From IMG/VR virus record IMGVR_UViG_3300026442_000101: a DNA stretch of 64,000 nucleotides; one strand, 5' to 3'. The notes beneath the pieces were generated by a model. The model searched no databases. It worked only from the letters and a program-made list of their open reading frames with translations, and was not told where the DNA came from. Positions 54,418 to 64,000 of the stretch are shown piece by piece; the first letter of the stretch is position 1; every line of letters starts with the position of its first letter. Both the position numbers and the translations under genes were made by a program. This DNA is from a virus. Its lineage: Duplodnaviria > Caudoviricetes.

Positions 54418-56215
54418 GTTCTACCGCATTCACATTGACGAGGTGCGGGTGACTCGATACTTCTTCGCCGGACAGAGGCATGCCGCAATTACGGCACTTG
54501 ACCTTCGGCACGCATGGAGTGGCGATGGTCATGTCAGCGATGAACTTCTCGAGCGCTACGAACACAGCGTCGGTCATGTCGACATCGAGCGCGATCGATT
54601 CCAGGATCTCGTCGATCTCGTTGTCAGCTTTAAGCTGAGCTTCAGGATCGGAGTTGTCGAGCCGCTGGTGCAGGATCTGCGGCTCAGGGTCGTTGTCGAT
54701 ATCGAGTTCCAGGATCGCATCGATCCAGTGACCGTAAGCCATGATCAGGGCGATACGAGACGCCATGGTCATGTAAGCTTCACGTTCCTGCTCGGTAGCG
54801 TTGGACGCCGATACTTCACGGGCCTTGCGGTCCATCTTCGAAAGCCAAGCTTCGGCAATACGCTCGTACTGGGCGAACGTAGGCAGGCGCAGGCGCAGGA
54901 AGAGGTTGTCCTTCAGCGGAACCAGTCGAGTGACTTCAGGACGCATCTGCTCTTGGTAGAGCCTGATCTGACTGGAGTCGACAACGCCGGTGCGGCGAAC
55001 CATGACGTTGAAGTGCGCATCGGTCAAACGACTACGGCGTACGAACTGCATGCGGCGCAGGTTGATCTTGCGTTCTTCTACGTGACCGCAGCCACCGTGG
55101 GAAGTCAGGCAAGGACGTTCGAGCAGATAACCGTTTGGATGCATGGCAGCAGCGACAGCCAGAGCCAGCGGCTCCACGTCGGTGATCACCAGCAGTTCCT
55201 TGAGCTGCTGAATGTCGGTAGTGCCCGGAGTACCCTCAACCACCTGGTTGAATGCGAACTCTACGACAGAGCGGTTCAAATACAGCGCAGGAGCGCCGTA
55301 GACATAACCGCTGGACTCACGCCCATACTCGACCTTTTCGGACGCGATACGTTGATCCAGGGCCAGCTGAGCCAATGCCCCAGGACCTTCGATGACCAAG
55401 TGGAAGCCAGAACCCCAGAACGGCCAGGAGACTCGAGTGGCAAGGCCGAGACGAGACTTGACGCGAGCGACTGGGTCCTTGGTCTTACCGGCAGCATTAC
55501 CTGGAGCGATGGCGATGTCGCCGCGCTTAGGTACGTTGGTCCATTCATCACCATCCTCGAGCAGCTGGTCATTACCAGCGGTGCGCAGCGAGGCACGGTA
55601 TTCGGCAACGGTGGTCAGAGCGATACGCTCCTGACTGGTAACGAACAGAGTACCACCTTCCATTTCCATGGCGTAGTAGTTCTGAGCCTTACCTTTGGAA
55701 GCGAGTTCTCGGCGCTCTTTCTGCTTGGACAGCACTGCGAACTGTACAGCCTGAGTGATCGTGTCGAGTTCGGCGTTGTCGAAGTTCGAGAGGACTACAG
55801 AACCTTCACGAGCCAACTGCTTGATCGTCTCTTCACCGACTTCTTCGAGGACGGGGACTGCTTCCTCGACGTTTGGGTTTGGACGAAAGGTACCGGCGAA
55901 CGGAGGCTCCGGGGCAGGTTCTGGAGCTTCTTGCTCTTCAGCGCCGATCGGCTGTTCGAGGGTGCTTTCCAGAGTCGACTCTGGAGCAGCGCCGAACGCT
56001 TCTGGCGAATGCACTGGTACTTCGAGCGGATGCTCGTTACCGGTAGGTTCCATTGGCGTAGGAACGTCCGGTAGGTTCTCGAAGTCAACGTTCTCTGCGA
56101 CTTCAGGAACATCGTGCACCAGAGCCTGGGTTGCATCAGCGCTGTCGAGATCGGCAGGCCGAACGCTTGGATCGAGTGGTGCTGGGGATTCGCCCGGCAG
56201 ATCGTTATCTTGCAC
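54371..56215 (-). CDS. Conserved phiKZ-like protein, possible baseplate-hub assembly chaperone (T4 gp26-like)
   Basis: Likely GTG start at 56215 with GAGG SD; acidic/Pro-rich N-terminus; Cys clusters PCLTSHGGCGH and CVPKVKCRNCG. Confidence 0.6.
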   Translation of the reverse strand: MQDNDLPGESPAPLDPSVRPADLDSADATQALVHDVPEVAENVDFENLPDVPTPMEPTGNEHPLEVPVHSPEAFGAAPESTLESTLEQPIGAEEQEAPEPAPEPPFAGTFRPNPNVEEAVPVLEEVGEETIKQLAREGSVVLSNFDNAELDTITQAVQFAVLSKQKERRELASKGKAQNYYAMEMEGGTLFVTSQERIALTTVAEYRASLRTAGNDQLLEDGDEWTNVPKRGDIAIAPGNAAGKTKDPVARVKSRLGLATRVSWPFWGSGFHLVIEGPGALAQLALDQRIASEKVEYGRESSGYVYGAPALYLNRSVVEFAFNQVVEGTPGTTDIQQLKELLVITDVEPLALAVAAAMHPNGYLLERPCLTSHGGCGHVEERKINLRRMQFVRRSRLTDAHFNVMVRRTGVVDSSQIRLYQEQMRPEVTRLVPLKDNLFLRLRLPTFAQYERIAEAWLSKMDRKAREVSASNATEQEREAYMTMASRIALIMAYGHWIDAILELDIDNDPEPQILHQRLDNSDPEAQLKADNEIDEILESIALDVDMTDAVFVALEKFIADMTIATPCVPKVKCRNCGMPLSGEEVSSHPHLVNVNAVELFFTLLRHRIQRLSA

Positions 56216-56216
56216 G

Positions 56217-56726
56217 TTAGGCCTCGACTTCTTTGGATTCTGGGGACACCAAGTCAGCGTAGTCGTCAATCGACTTCACCACGGTGTCGGTTGCGCGCTG
56301 ACTCAGTGCCAGATACTGGCTACCGGTCAGCATGACCTGGGTATAATGGTCGGCGAGATGTTTCTTCTTCGCTGGCCGACTCTGGAGTAGACGATCGCAT
56401 TTCTGATCGAGTTTCGCTTTCTCTTTGATCAGTTCGTCTACATCACGGGCGATGCCTTTGGTAAGTACGCCAATCTTCTTCGCGTCATCAAGACGCCCCT
56501 CGCCAATAATCTTGGCGAGCGAGTTGGGGAGTTCGAGCACCGGCCCAGATGCCGCTGCGATCGACTTGCCCAGAGTTTCACGATAACCTCGAACTTCTTT
56601 TTCCAGGTCATCACAATTTCGAGACACCGTAGTGCCGTTTTCTTTGAACCGCACCGTATCCTGAGACGACATGATGATGAGACCTCTTCTAGTATGACGC
56701 CATAGCTGACCCATATATAGGGTCAA
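56217..56726 (-). CDS. Conserved hypothetical coiled-coil protein
   Basis: ORF; real start probably at MSSQDT. Confidence 0.65.
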   Translation of the reverse strand: MTLYMGQLWRHTRRGLIIMSSQDTVRFKENGTTVSRNCDDLEKEVRGYRETLGKSIAAASGPVLELPNSLAKIIGEGRLDDAKKIGVLTKGIARDVDELIKEKAKLDQKCDRLLQSRPAKKKHLADHYTQVMLTGSQYLALSQRATDTVVKSIDDYADLVSPESKEVEA

Positions 56727-56769
56727 TTACTTAATTAATTACTTACTGTTCCACCGGGAGTAAATTCCG

Positions 56770-57660
56770 ATGAACCCGAATCTCCAGGTCAACGAAGACA
56801 ACATCGTCGAATGGACCATCCGGACGCTCTGCCGTGATCGCTGTGCTCCCGAGTTGGAAGAACTGTACGTTCGGATGAACACCGCGCTGCACGTCGCGAA
56901 CATGAAGGCTCACTACGATGAGCTGGACTTGCTCTGGGCGCAGCTTAACGACCAGAACATCGATCCACTCGAAATCGTTCCAGCGGTCGATCAGGTACTG
57001 CGTGTCTCTGCCGAACGAGCTTTGAACTTCTGCGGCGTGGAGCTTGACGAGAATATTCCGTTCGAACGTCTGTGTGAAGTGGTCGAAGTGATTGTCAACT
57101 TCGATCCTACCGATACCCCGACCATTATCATCGATCAGCTCGACAGCGCTGAGGACGTTGATGAGGCTTTCTGTAAGGTCATGGAGCACCTTGGCACTTA
57201 CGAGGAAGACGAGTGGTATCAGTACATCAAGGAGATCACTCCTCACTTCACGTCCAACACTCGCAAGGTCTGTAAAAACGCAGCCGACTCTATCGAAGCT
57301 CCTCAGTTCGATACGGCGGCCAGCGCTGACCTGCTCAAGCGCTTGTCTCGCTTGGTGAAGAGCAGCAAGGAATCTCTTGGTGCTGAGGTTGGTTCTGAGA
57401 ACAAAGGTCTCGGACTTTCCACCGAATCGCTGTACAACACCTACATCGCTCGCATCATCGATTCCCCGGTTGAGAAAGCTGTCGAAGACATCTTCTCCTT
57501 GGCCGTCATCTCCAATGAAGCCTACGACGTGGCGATGGAGTCGGTATCGGTTTGCATCGACGATCTCTTCTACGACATCGATCAGCGCCGCCAGGCCGAA
57601 CAAGTACGCCTGCGCCTGAAAGACACCTACAAACCGATCTTTGGTGACCGCAATGCGTAG
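56770..57660 (+). CDS. Conserved phiKZ-like hypothetical protein (gp79-like)
   Basis: 296 aa, immediately upstream of the vRNAP subunit as in phiKZ. Confidence 0.65.
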   Translation: MNPNLQVNEDNIVEWTIRTLCRDRCAPELEELYVRMNTALHVANMKAHYDELDLLWAQLNDQNIDPLEIVPAVDQVLRVSAERALNFCGVELDENIPFERLCEVVEVIVNFDPTDTPTIIIDQLDSAEDVDEAFCKVMEHLGTYEEDEWYQYIKEITPHFTSNTRKVCKNAADSIEAPQFDTAASADLLKRLSRLVKSSKESLGAEVGSENKGLGLSTESLYNTYIARIIDSPVEKAVEDIFSLAVISNEAYDVAMESVSVCIDDLFYDIDQRRQAEQVRLRLKDTYKPIFGDRNA

Positions 57661-58978
57661 GTACGACTACTTCATCAAATCCCTGCAGGCAAAAGCCCAC
57701 TACTCCAGAGAGTGGGTTCTTCGAGCCATGTCGGTGGTACTCGGAGACGTAAAGAATGGCAACTACCAATGGGCGCTTCGCCACACTCAAGACCGCGTTG
57801 AGGTCTATGTTAGGACCGATGACGGCTGGGCATGGGAAGAGCTCGAGGACGTCAAGCCTTACGAGATTCCTTTCATCTATCACGATAGCTGCGGCCCCAT
57901 CAAAGCCGGGGACGTTGAAAACCTGGCTGAGGATCTACCTGATGGTACTTGGGGTGACCTACTCTACAACAGTCGGGTGCTTGTCTACGCAGCTGGTCGG
58001 CTGATCCCGTACCGGGTAGGTCCTATCGACTTAGGCACCGATGAGAAGTACATCCTCAACAAGATGCAGGACGATCCTGCTGAAGGCGCGGATGATCCGA
58101 ACACCCTGTACGTCAAGCACTACATGCGCTTTGGTAAAGCCGTGGGCGACTTGGCAGGTTTCGAGGTGTTTGTTCCATCGGTTACCGAGCGAGCCCTTCA
58201 GCCGCCTCCAGATCGCGACGAGCTGCGTAATAAGCTTCTTGAGGAATACAAGGAGCGGCTAGACGATCCCGTTGCGCAAGCGCGCATTCAGGACGCTCTG
58301 GTGGAGTCGTACAAGAACTACATCAAGGGCGATCCATCGGAAGGCTTCCTCTACAAGAAGAAGTCTCTGAACACGGCGCTGAAGCGGATGTTCCTGATTC
58401 ACGGTCCTGAGGCAGGTTTCGATGAAGGTGGTCGCGCTAAGCTGATCGTCAACTCCCTGCAAGAAGGTATCGACATCAAGAACTACCCTCACATGGTGAA
58501 CTCCCTGCGGGCGGGTTCCTTCTATCGCGGTGCCTTGACTGCACTGGCGGGTGAGGACGTGGACTTGATGGGTCGTATCTTCCAGAACGCCAGGATCGAA
58601 CCAGGCTTCTGCGGTACTCACGATACTTTCGAAGTCAAGATCGACAAGCGTCGGATTGGCAGGACTATCGTGGTGCCGACCGTTACTTCGGCTGTTGAAA
58701 AAGGTGGTATCACCAATTTCACGGCCGTGAAGCTCACCGAGGAAAACATCGGCGAGTATACGGGTAAGGTCTACGGGATGTTCTCCCCGATGTTCTGCAT
58801 CACCCCACGAAGCGACTGCTGTGAGGTATGCATGGGCGATAAACTCTCCCAATATCCCGACTCTGTGGGTTCGATGGTAGCTGAGATTCCGTCCACGATG
58901 ATGGCGCGGATGATGGGCTCGGCTCACGCAAAAGAACTCAAAACTACCCCTCTCGATATCGAGAACTTCCTGAGGTAA
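57653..58978 (+). CDS. Virion RNA polymerase beta' subunit, C-terminal part (phiKZ gp80-like)
   Basis: SLQEG, RAGSFYRGALTALAGE (bridge-helix region), FCG, SPMFC...CCEVCMG Zn site and trigger-loop-like GSMVAEIPSTMMARMMGSAH. Confidence 0.85.
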   Translation: MRRYDYFIKSLQAKAHYSREWVLRAMSVVLGDVKNGNYQWALRHTQDRVEVYVRTDDGWAWEELEDVKPYEIPFIYHDSCGPIKAGDVENLAEDLPDGTWGDLLYNSRVLVYAAGRLIPYRVGPIDLGTDEKYILNKMQDDPAEGADDPNTLYVKHYMRFGKAVGDLAGFEVFVPSVTERALQPPPDRDELRNKLLEEYKERLDDPVAQARIQDALVESYKNYIKGDPSEGFLYKKKSLNTALKRMFLIHGPEAGFDEGGRAKLIVNSLQEGIDIKNYPHMVNSLRAGSFYRGALTALAGEDVDLMGRIFQNARIEPGFCGTHDTFEVKIDKRRIGRTIVVPTVTSAVEKGGITNFTAVKLTEENIGEYTGKVYGMFSPMFCITPRSDCCEVCMGDKLSQYPDSVGSMVAEIPSTMMARMMGSAHAKELKTTPLDIENFLR

Positions 58979-58984
58979 GACACC

Positions 58985-60352
58985 ATGGGTAAGAAGAATC
59001 GCAACAACAATACTCCTGAGGCTCCTGCTGAGGAAGTGTTGCAAGAAAGCACTGAAGGCGAACAGACCCTTCAGGAAAACGATGTTGCCGATAGCCAGGA
59101 TGGCGCAGATAACGAAGCGCCGGTGCCCGGTGACGGTGACAGCAATGAAGAAGCACCAGCCGATACCATTGCCCCTGATGAGACTGCTCCTGAGCCTGAG
59201 CCAGACGTTCTTGAGCCCGGGACAGAAGATGTGCCTGATGATTCTCCTACTGAGGGTGAGGAAGTTGCATCTGAAGATCCTCTTGATGAAAGCGAGGATC
59301 CGAGCGAGCCTGAGCCGATCGTAGAACCGGAGCCTGAAGTAGAGCCAGTCGCTCCAAAAGCTGCTAGCGGTAAGACCGCTCTGGAAACTATCCGCGAAGA
59401 GCTGTCCGGCAAGCTGCCTCTCGATGCGCTGCAAGCCTGGGACCTCAAGCAGCTGACCGAATACAAAGAAACCGGTCTGCAGCCAGCGGTGACCAAGCGC
59501 GGTAACTGGCCTACCGACCTGCGCCGTGGGCGTGACCTGCGTGCCTGGGAACCTTCGGTGTTCCTGGACTTCATCGAAGGGACCATCAACGTTCCGAACA
59601 GTATGGACGAGGAAGAGATCTACGACGAGATCTATCGTCGTTACAACATCCCGTCCAACTGGACCATCGAAGCAGCCACGACCTACATCAGCGGCGGCGG
59701 TAAGCCTGCGTACACCGCAAACAACGTCCTGGTGCAGGATCGCATGCGCGATTCGAAGACGCTCTCCCAGTGGACCTTCCTCGAGATCCGCACCGCCCTC
59801 TTGGGTGAGATCGAGTCGAAGTTCAGCAAGGAAGAGCTCGTCGGCGCCCTGCGTGTCCGCCTGGGTCTGCAAGAAACCTACAGCGCCAAACGGCTGCTGG
59901 AAAATCTGAACGAGACGCCTACGGAGGCATCTGTGAACAACATCATGTTGAAGTCCAAGCTGGACGAATTCTTGGTAGTGATGACCAAGAACCCGAAACA
60001 CCTGACCGACCAGACCGCTGGCGTCGCTCAGACCATGCTGTACCGCGCCATCCGCAGCGTGATGCAGCGTGACTCGCAATCGTTCCATGAAGGCTGGACC
60101 ATCATCCTGGACTTCATCAACGAGAACTACACCAAGGTCTTCACCGAAGAGAAGGTGCGTAAGGGCTACAGCCAGATGGGTATCTCCGGCGGCGCTGCTG
60201 CGACCTTCGAAGACCTGATGACCCTGCTGGTTCATACCCGCAAACCTGCCAGCCGCGTGCGCGATGCCAAGCTGTACAACCTGCCGAACATCCTGCGCCA
60301 CGTCACCAGCGAACAAGAGCGGACCAACGTGATCCACTTCTACGCTGAGTAA
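58985..60352 (+). CDS. Conserved phiKZ-like protein with an acidic disordered N-terminus
   Basis: 455 aa; the first ~120 aa are E/D/P-rich. Confidence 0.75.
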   Translation: MGKKNRNNNTPEAPAEEVLQESTEGEQTLQENDVADSQDGADNEAPVPGDGDSNEEAPADTIAPDETAPEPEPDVLEPGTEDVPDDSPTEGEEVASEDPLDESEDPSEPEPIVEPEPEVEPVAPKAASGKTALETIREELSGKLPLDALQAWDLKQLTEYKETGLQPAVTKRGNWPTDLRRGRDLRAWEPSVFLDFIEGTINVPNSMDEEEIYDEIYRRYNIPSNWTIEAATTYISGGGKPAYTANNVLVQDRMRDSKTLSQWTFLEIRTALLGEIESKFSKEELVGALRVRLGLQETYSAKRLLENLNETPTEASVNNIMLKSKLDEFLVVMTKNPKHLTDQTAGVAQTMLYRAIRSVMQRDSQSFHEGWTIILDFINENYTKVFTEEKVRKGYSQMGISGGAAATFEDLMTLLVHTRKPASRVRDAKLYNLPNILRHVTSEQERTNVIHFYAE

Positions 60353-60793
60353 GGCAAAAAAAAGAAGTAGTGGAGACCCGGGCAAACGCCCGGGTCTCTA
60401 TGCCGTCAACGATACTGACGGACGATGATGCCTTCACGCTTTCTATATTCAGCGTGGACGTGCTCCACAGCAGCGGCGATATCGAAATCGCTGCATGGGT
60501 TACGCAGCCCGAAACGGGCGATGGTGTTCTTACGTACTTCGACCCAGAAGTCTGGTTCGCGCATGGTATCGCGATTGTCCAAGCGCAGGATAGTCTGCTC
60601 GAGGTAGTTGTAGATGAACTGCTTCTCTGTACCTGCGGCAACCGGCCGTGGTCTCAGCCGAGCCTTAGCGGTCTCCGGAGTAATGCTGATATCAGGGGCT
60701 CCTTCTTTATATTCGCCCGGAAGTTTTTGATTGTCGATGGGCACAGCTGTACTCCTGTTAGTAAACATAAGGCGGGGATTTCTCCCCGCGCTA

Positions 60794-62311
60794 TTAAAGG
60801 CAGAATGGTGCGAACTCACTGAGGTGAGCAAGTACCTTGCCGCGGAAGAACTCTTCCTTATTCTCATGGTAGCGCACATGCTTGTCGATGTCGATACAGA
60901 CAAAGTACTGGAAGAGCGGCGTGATTTCAGGCCAGTCCTTCAGTCGGCGGGTACGTCCAAGAGTCTGTTCATTTGACTGCTGCGAGTCAACCGCAGTGGT
61001 CATGAGGTTGTAGCGCAGGTTCTTGATGTCTACTGCCGTACCTGCGGACAAGACGGTACTGACAATAATGTCAGCGTCGTTCATTACCGACATCTTGTCT
61101 TTAGAGACGTAGCGGACCACATTAAGCTGCGGGAACATCTTACCCAGCATCTTGGTCAGGAGCGTACACATGTTCACAGTACCGCAGAACACGATAGCTT
61201 TCTGACCCTTCTCCATCACGTCAGCAAAGTTGACCTTCAGGTAGTGGCCGATCATGTTGATGTAAGTCTCAAGCAGGTGCTTGTTCTTACGAGTCATGAG
61301 CGACGCTTCGAACGTGTTGTGGTTATACGCACCACCGAACCCTTTGTACCTGATCGCCCGAGGGTTCTTCAGGTTGTACTTGATCGCGATGACTCGAATG
61401 AATGCGTCGTAGTAGCCCGCATTGAAACGGTCAGCTCGAGGGTACATCGTCTCGTACATCTTGTTCAGGAACGAGTTCTTCGTGTCCAGCGTTGCCGACA
61501 GACTGAGGAACTTGTGAATGTTCATGTGCGAGAACAGCTTCATGATCTGATGGGGGTACTGGTGACCCTCATCGAGTACGCCGAAGCCGATACCGAGTCG
61601 CTCGAAGAAATCGATTGGGGCGATCGGGAAGCCGGAGCCGTACCCATCCTTCTCGAAGTCTTTGAGATAATCGGAGAACGTGTTGGTCGAGATCAGGTTG
61701 ATGTTGCCGATGGGATCGCCATCCAACGCCATCTCCATGATTGCTCGAAGGGACTTACCGCCGCGGATCTCAAGGATCTCGCCGCGTCTGAACTTGAACG
61801 ACTCTTCAAGGTCAGGAGTCCACCGGTCGATGAACCCGCCTTTCATGAAGCAAGCCGTCCTCAAGCCCTGAATGTTGATACAGTGCTTGGTGAGCTCGGT
61901 CTTACCCTTACCCGTTTGTAGCGTGACGATCTTGTTGCTGCCCGGAGATAAGACGTGTTCGATAATAGCCGGCTGCGGGTCGCGCGGCGGCCACAACGAG
62001 ATCACCTCAAACTTCACACGGTAACGATCATCGATCTCGATAGGATGCTTTTTGATATCCATCTCATCGACACGAATGCCGTGATAGGACATCATCCTGA
62101 AGAAGTCGACTTTCATGTTGATGTGAAAGTGATACTTCTTTCGGTGGTCGGACGCGGATGCAAACACCCGAGCCTTCACCATCTCCCGGCGACCATCTTC
62201 AATCTTGAGCTCGTACTGGACTAAGCCACCACAGAACTGCTCGATGGCCTTCTTCTGCTTGTCAGACACTTCACTTACAGCGAATGAATGACTATAAACA
62301 TCAATCCTCAA
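60794..62311 (-). CDS. SF2 DNA helicase (UvsW/RAD2-like; phiKZ gp75-like)
   Basis: Walker A LQTGKGKT, VLDEGH, LSATL, SAGTAVDI and QTLGRTR motifs. Confidence 0.9.
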   Translation of the reverse strand: MRIDVYSHSFAVSEVSDKQKKAIEQFCGGLVQYELKIEDGRREMVKARVFASASDHRKKYHFHINMKVDFFRMMSYHGIRVDEMDIKKHPIEIDDRYRVKFEVISLWPPRDPQPAIIEHVLSPGSNKIVTLQTGKGKTELTKHCINIQGLRTACFMKGGFIDRWTPDLEESFKFRRGEILEIRGGKSLRAIMEMALDGDPIGNINLISTNTFSDYLKDFEKDGYGSGFPIAPIDFFERLGIGFGVLDEGHQYPHQIMKLFSHMNIHKFLSLSATLDTKNSFLNKMYETMYPRADRFNAGYYDAFIRVIAIKYNLKNPRAIRYKGFGGAYNHNTFEASLMTRKNKHLLETYINMIGHYLKVNFADVMEKGQKAIVFCGTVNMCTLLTKMLGKMFPQLNVVRYVSKDKMSVMNDADIIVSTVLSAGTAVDIKNLRYNLMTTAVDSQQSNEQTLGRTRRLKDWPEITPLFQYFVCIDIDKHVRYHENKEEFFRGKVLAHLSEFAPFCL

Positions 62312-62314
62312 GAC

Positions 62315-63139
62315 CTATCCTCCATGCCGACGTGTCGCATCCAGCTGCCTGTTGTTCAGATTAATCAGCGCGCTAGTTTTAGTAGGCGCAGACGGTCTGG
62401 ACGGCTTGCTGGGTTTGAATCGTGGCTTTGGTCTACCTTCAGGTCCATCTTTAAGCATCCGGCCGCTACGGTACCGATGACGCCATTCGATGGGAACCTC
62501 TTTGAAGTTACTGTAAGCCGAGTTCGAGGAATTGAGGCACTTCTTCGTGCCGTGGAACTTATCCAGCATCAGCTGCTCCAGACGACGTGCCTGAGCGACT
62601 GTACCTGCTGGGAATATTCCGAACTCGATGGAAGAGAGTCCCGAGTAGTCCTCTTGAAGCTTAACACAGTGATGGATACCGTCGCGTAATTCCCGGAGGT
62701 GTGTCTTGGTCCGGTCATAGATGCAAGCGGTACTGCCAATGTAGAAGTAACCATTGGTCAGGTTCTTGAGCACGTAGACGCATGACGTGCCATCGAACTT
62801 CCTCATGTGCTGAGAGAACAACGGGTGGGATGCGGGAATAGACCCACTCTTGAAATCCTGAGCGTTGTTTAGACACTTAGGATCTTCCTTACAGGATAAG
62901 AGGATATTGTCTTTTTCTACGTTAACTTCTTTCTCAGTCCCCTCAAATGTTAACCCGAACTCCAGCTCCTCCGGCGCCTTGTAGGCTTGCTGGAGGCGTA
63001 GGTCCGAGTATGTTCCTTTTGCCAAGTTGGACTTAATCGAGCCAAACTGCACACCTGGGTTAGCAGACGTACCTACGAGAAAGAGTCCAGTTGGTAGGTG
63101 TGTTAAGGTATAAACCCAGTGTTTCTTATCGGCAGACAT
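62315..63139 (-). CDS. Free-standing tandem GIY-YIG homing endonuclease
   Basis: Domain 1 WVYTL...LVGTS is degenerate; domain 2 CVYVL..YFYIGST..R...H...E...CLN is intact. Likely start MSADKK at 63139. Confidence 0.85.
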   Translation of the reverse strand: MSADKKHWVYTLTHLPTGLFLVGTSANPGVQFGSIKSNLAKGTYSDLRLQQAYKAPEELEFGLTFEGTEKEVNVEKDNILLSCKEDPKCLNNAQDFKSGSIPASHPLFSQHMRKFDGTSCVYVLKNLTNGYFYIGSTACIYDRTKTHLRELRDGIHHCVKLQEDYSGLSSIEFGIFPAGTVAQARRLEQLMLDKFHGTKKCLNSSNSAYSNFKEVPIEWRHRYRSGRMLKDGPEGRPKPRFKPSKPSRPSAPTKTSALINLNNRQLDATRRHGG

Positions 63140-63146
63140 AAAACAA

Positions 63147-63196
63147 CCCTGTAGACAGCACACTCTCACACTATCGTGAAAGGGCTGTCTACAGGG
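63147..63196 (-). promoter_or_regulatory. 13-bp hairpin sequestering the RBS of the GIY-YIG gene
   Basis: CCCTGTAGACAGC (63147-63159) and GCTGTCTACAGGG (63184-63196); the AGGG in the stem lies 7 nt upstream of the ATG. Confidence 0.7.
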
Positions 63197-63203
63197 AGTT
63201 TTG

Positions 63204-64000
63204 TCAGCAGGTCACTTCAGGTGACAGCAGCGGGTCAAGCAAGTGCTGCGGTCTATCCACCACCAGATACGACTCGATAGTCTCGAGCAGCTTCCGGCCA
63301 CCTTGGTAGGCGAAGAACGGACCCATGGAACGACCACTGATTACGTGGTCGTATTTCGCAAAGCGAGTGGGTTCGCCCAGTGGTGGGATTCGATAATCGC
63401 CGAAGCGATCTTTCGATACCATCATCGAAGTCATCACGACCGCAACGTGAGTCATGTGGACAGGCACTTTGACTGCGATAGTCTCGTACAGGTCCAGCAA
63501 TGCTTCGGTTGGATCGTCGTACGCTGCCAGTTGCTTCAGACGACCGAGGTGTCGATTGGAACTGTCGCGAGTCGAGCGGATCATCCCCTCAACTTCTGCC
63601 GCGAAGTCCTTCATGCTGCCGTGGCGGTTCGGCAACTCGAACACTGGGTTATCGAAGTTCCAGTTCTCAAGGCTGATGTGATAGAAACCATCATCATGAA
63701 TCTTGAAGTTCCCGTTAACGAAGAACCTGAGGAACTGTTCGGTCAGGTACGCAGTACGTGCACCACGCGATACAGAAACGTGATACCGCACTGGCTGCTT
63801 GCTTTCGCTTGGGATTTCGAAAGTAACGTCACGGAACTGACTGAACCGTGCAGCACTCATTCCATCCTTCACATCGGCACGACGGAGGATCGGCAGCTTG
63901 GAGCCGTTGATCACACCGTCACGCGCGCCGGAACGCAGCAACAACTTGATGCCTTTCTTTTCCACACGCGGGTTCAGTCGAATCACGTTAGGCTCAGCAC
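63204..64000 (-). CDS. Non-virion RNA polymerase beta' C-terminal subunit (phiKZ gp74-like), 5'-truncated by the window edge
   Basis: Adjacent to the gp75-like helicase; LLDLYE...VHMTHVAVVMTSMM, RSMGPFFAYQ and DRPQHLLDPLL C-terminal motifs. Confidence 0.8.
   Translation of the reverse strand, partial: AEPNVIRLNPRVEKKGIKLLLRSGARDGVINGSKLPILRRADVKDGMSAARFSQFRDVTFEIPSESKQPVRYHVSVSRGARTAYLTEQFLRFFVNGNFKIHDDGFYHISLENWNFDNPVFELPNRHGSMKDFAAEVEGMIRSTRDSSNRHLGRLKQLAAYDDPTEALLDLYETIAVKVPVHMTHVAVVMTSMMVSKDRFGDYRIPPLGEPTRFAKYDHVISGRSMGPFFAYQGGRKLLETIESYLVVDRPQHLLDPLLSPEVTC

Noticed and set aside
60406-60903. 165-aa minus-strand ORF between the helicase and the 58985 gene
   Set aside because: It spans terminator-like hairpins and its N-terminal half is low-quality. 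Only the distal part (from about MFTNRST) might be real, so it was left uncalled.
1-64000. CRISPR array, rRNA, integrase or transposase
   Set aside because: No regularly spaced direct repeats, rRNA signatures or recombinase motifs were seen.

Overview
The window is a segment of a phiKZ-like, nucleus-forming jumbo myophage (Chimalliviridae-type) genome; the host is probably Pseudomonas, judged from a near-identical AmrZ N-terminus. Right part (25.7-64 kb): conserved phiKZ core block, comprising the non-virion RNAP beta' C-terminal subunit (partial), an SF2 helicase, a virion RNAP beta' subunit, the exonuclease half of a split family-B DNA polymerase, baseplate/inner-body proteins and about 8 paralogous internal head proteins with S-x-E processing sites. 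Middle (2.6-25.7 kb): accessory and nucleotide-metabolism genes (DHFR, a very large ThyA, Tmk fusion, NUDIX, an adjacent PRPS-like/NAMPT-like pair resembling NARP1, macrodomain, SLOG, a LigA fragment, PTP-like and HslV-like proteins), several behind a repeated TAAA-N10/11-CACACAT promoter-like motif. The most unusual feature is in the first 2.5 kb on the minus strand. Next to four ordinary CCA-ending tRNAs (Gln, Asn, Tyr, Ile) lie five tRNA-like RNAs with intact acceptor, D and T arms but no anticodon loop, all ending N-CCU-AUU instead of CCA. In three of them a second, circularly permuted tRNA body is nested at the anticodon position, giving a double-headed tRNA. Additional structured non-coding stretches are interspersed. 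All folds were derived by hand, and protein calls are from motif recognition and remembered phiKZ synteny, not database searches.
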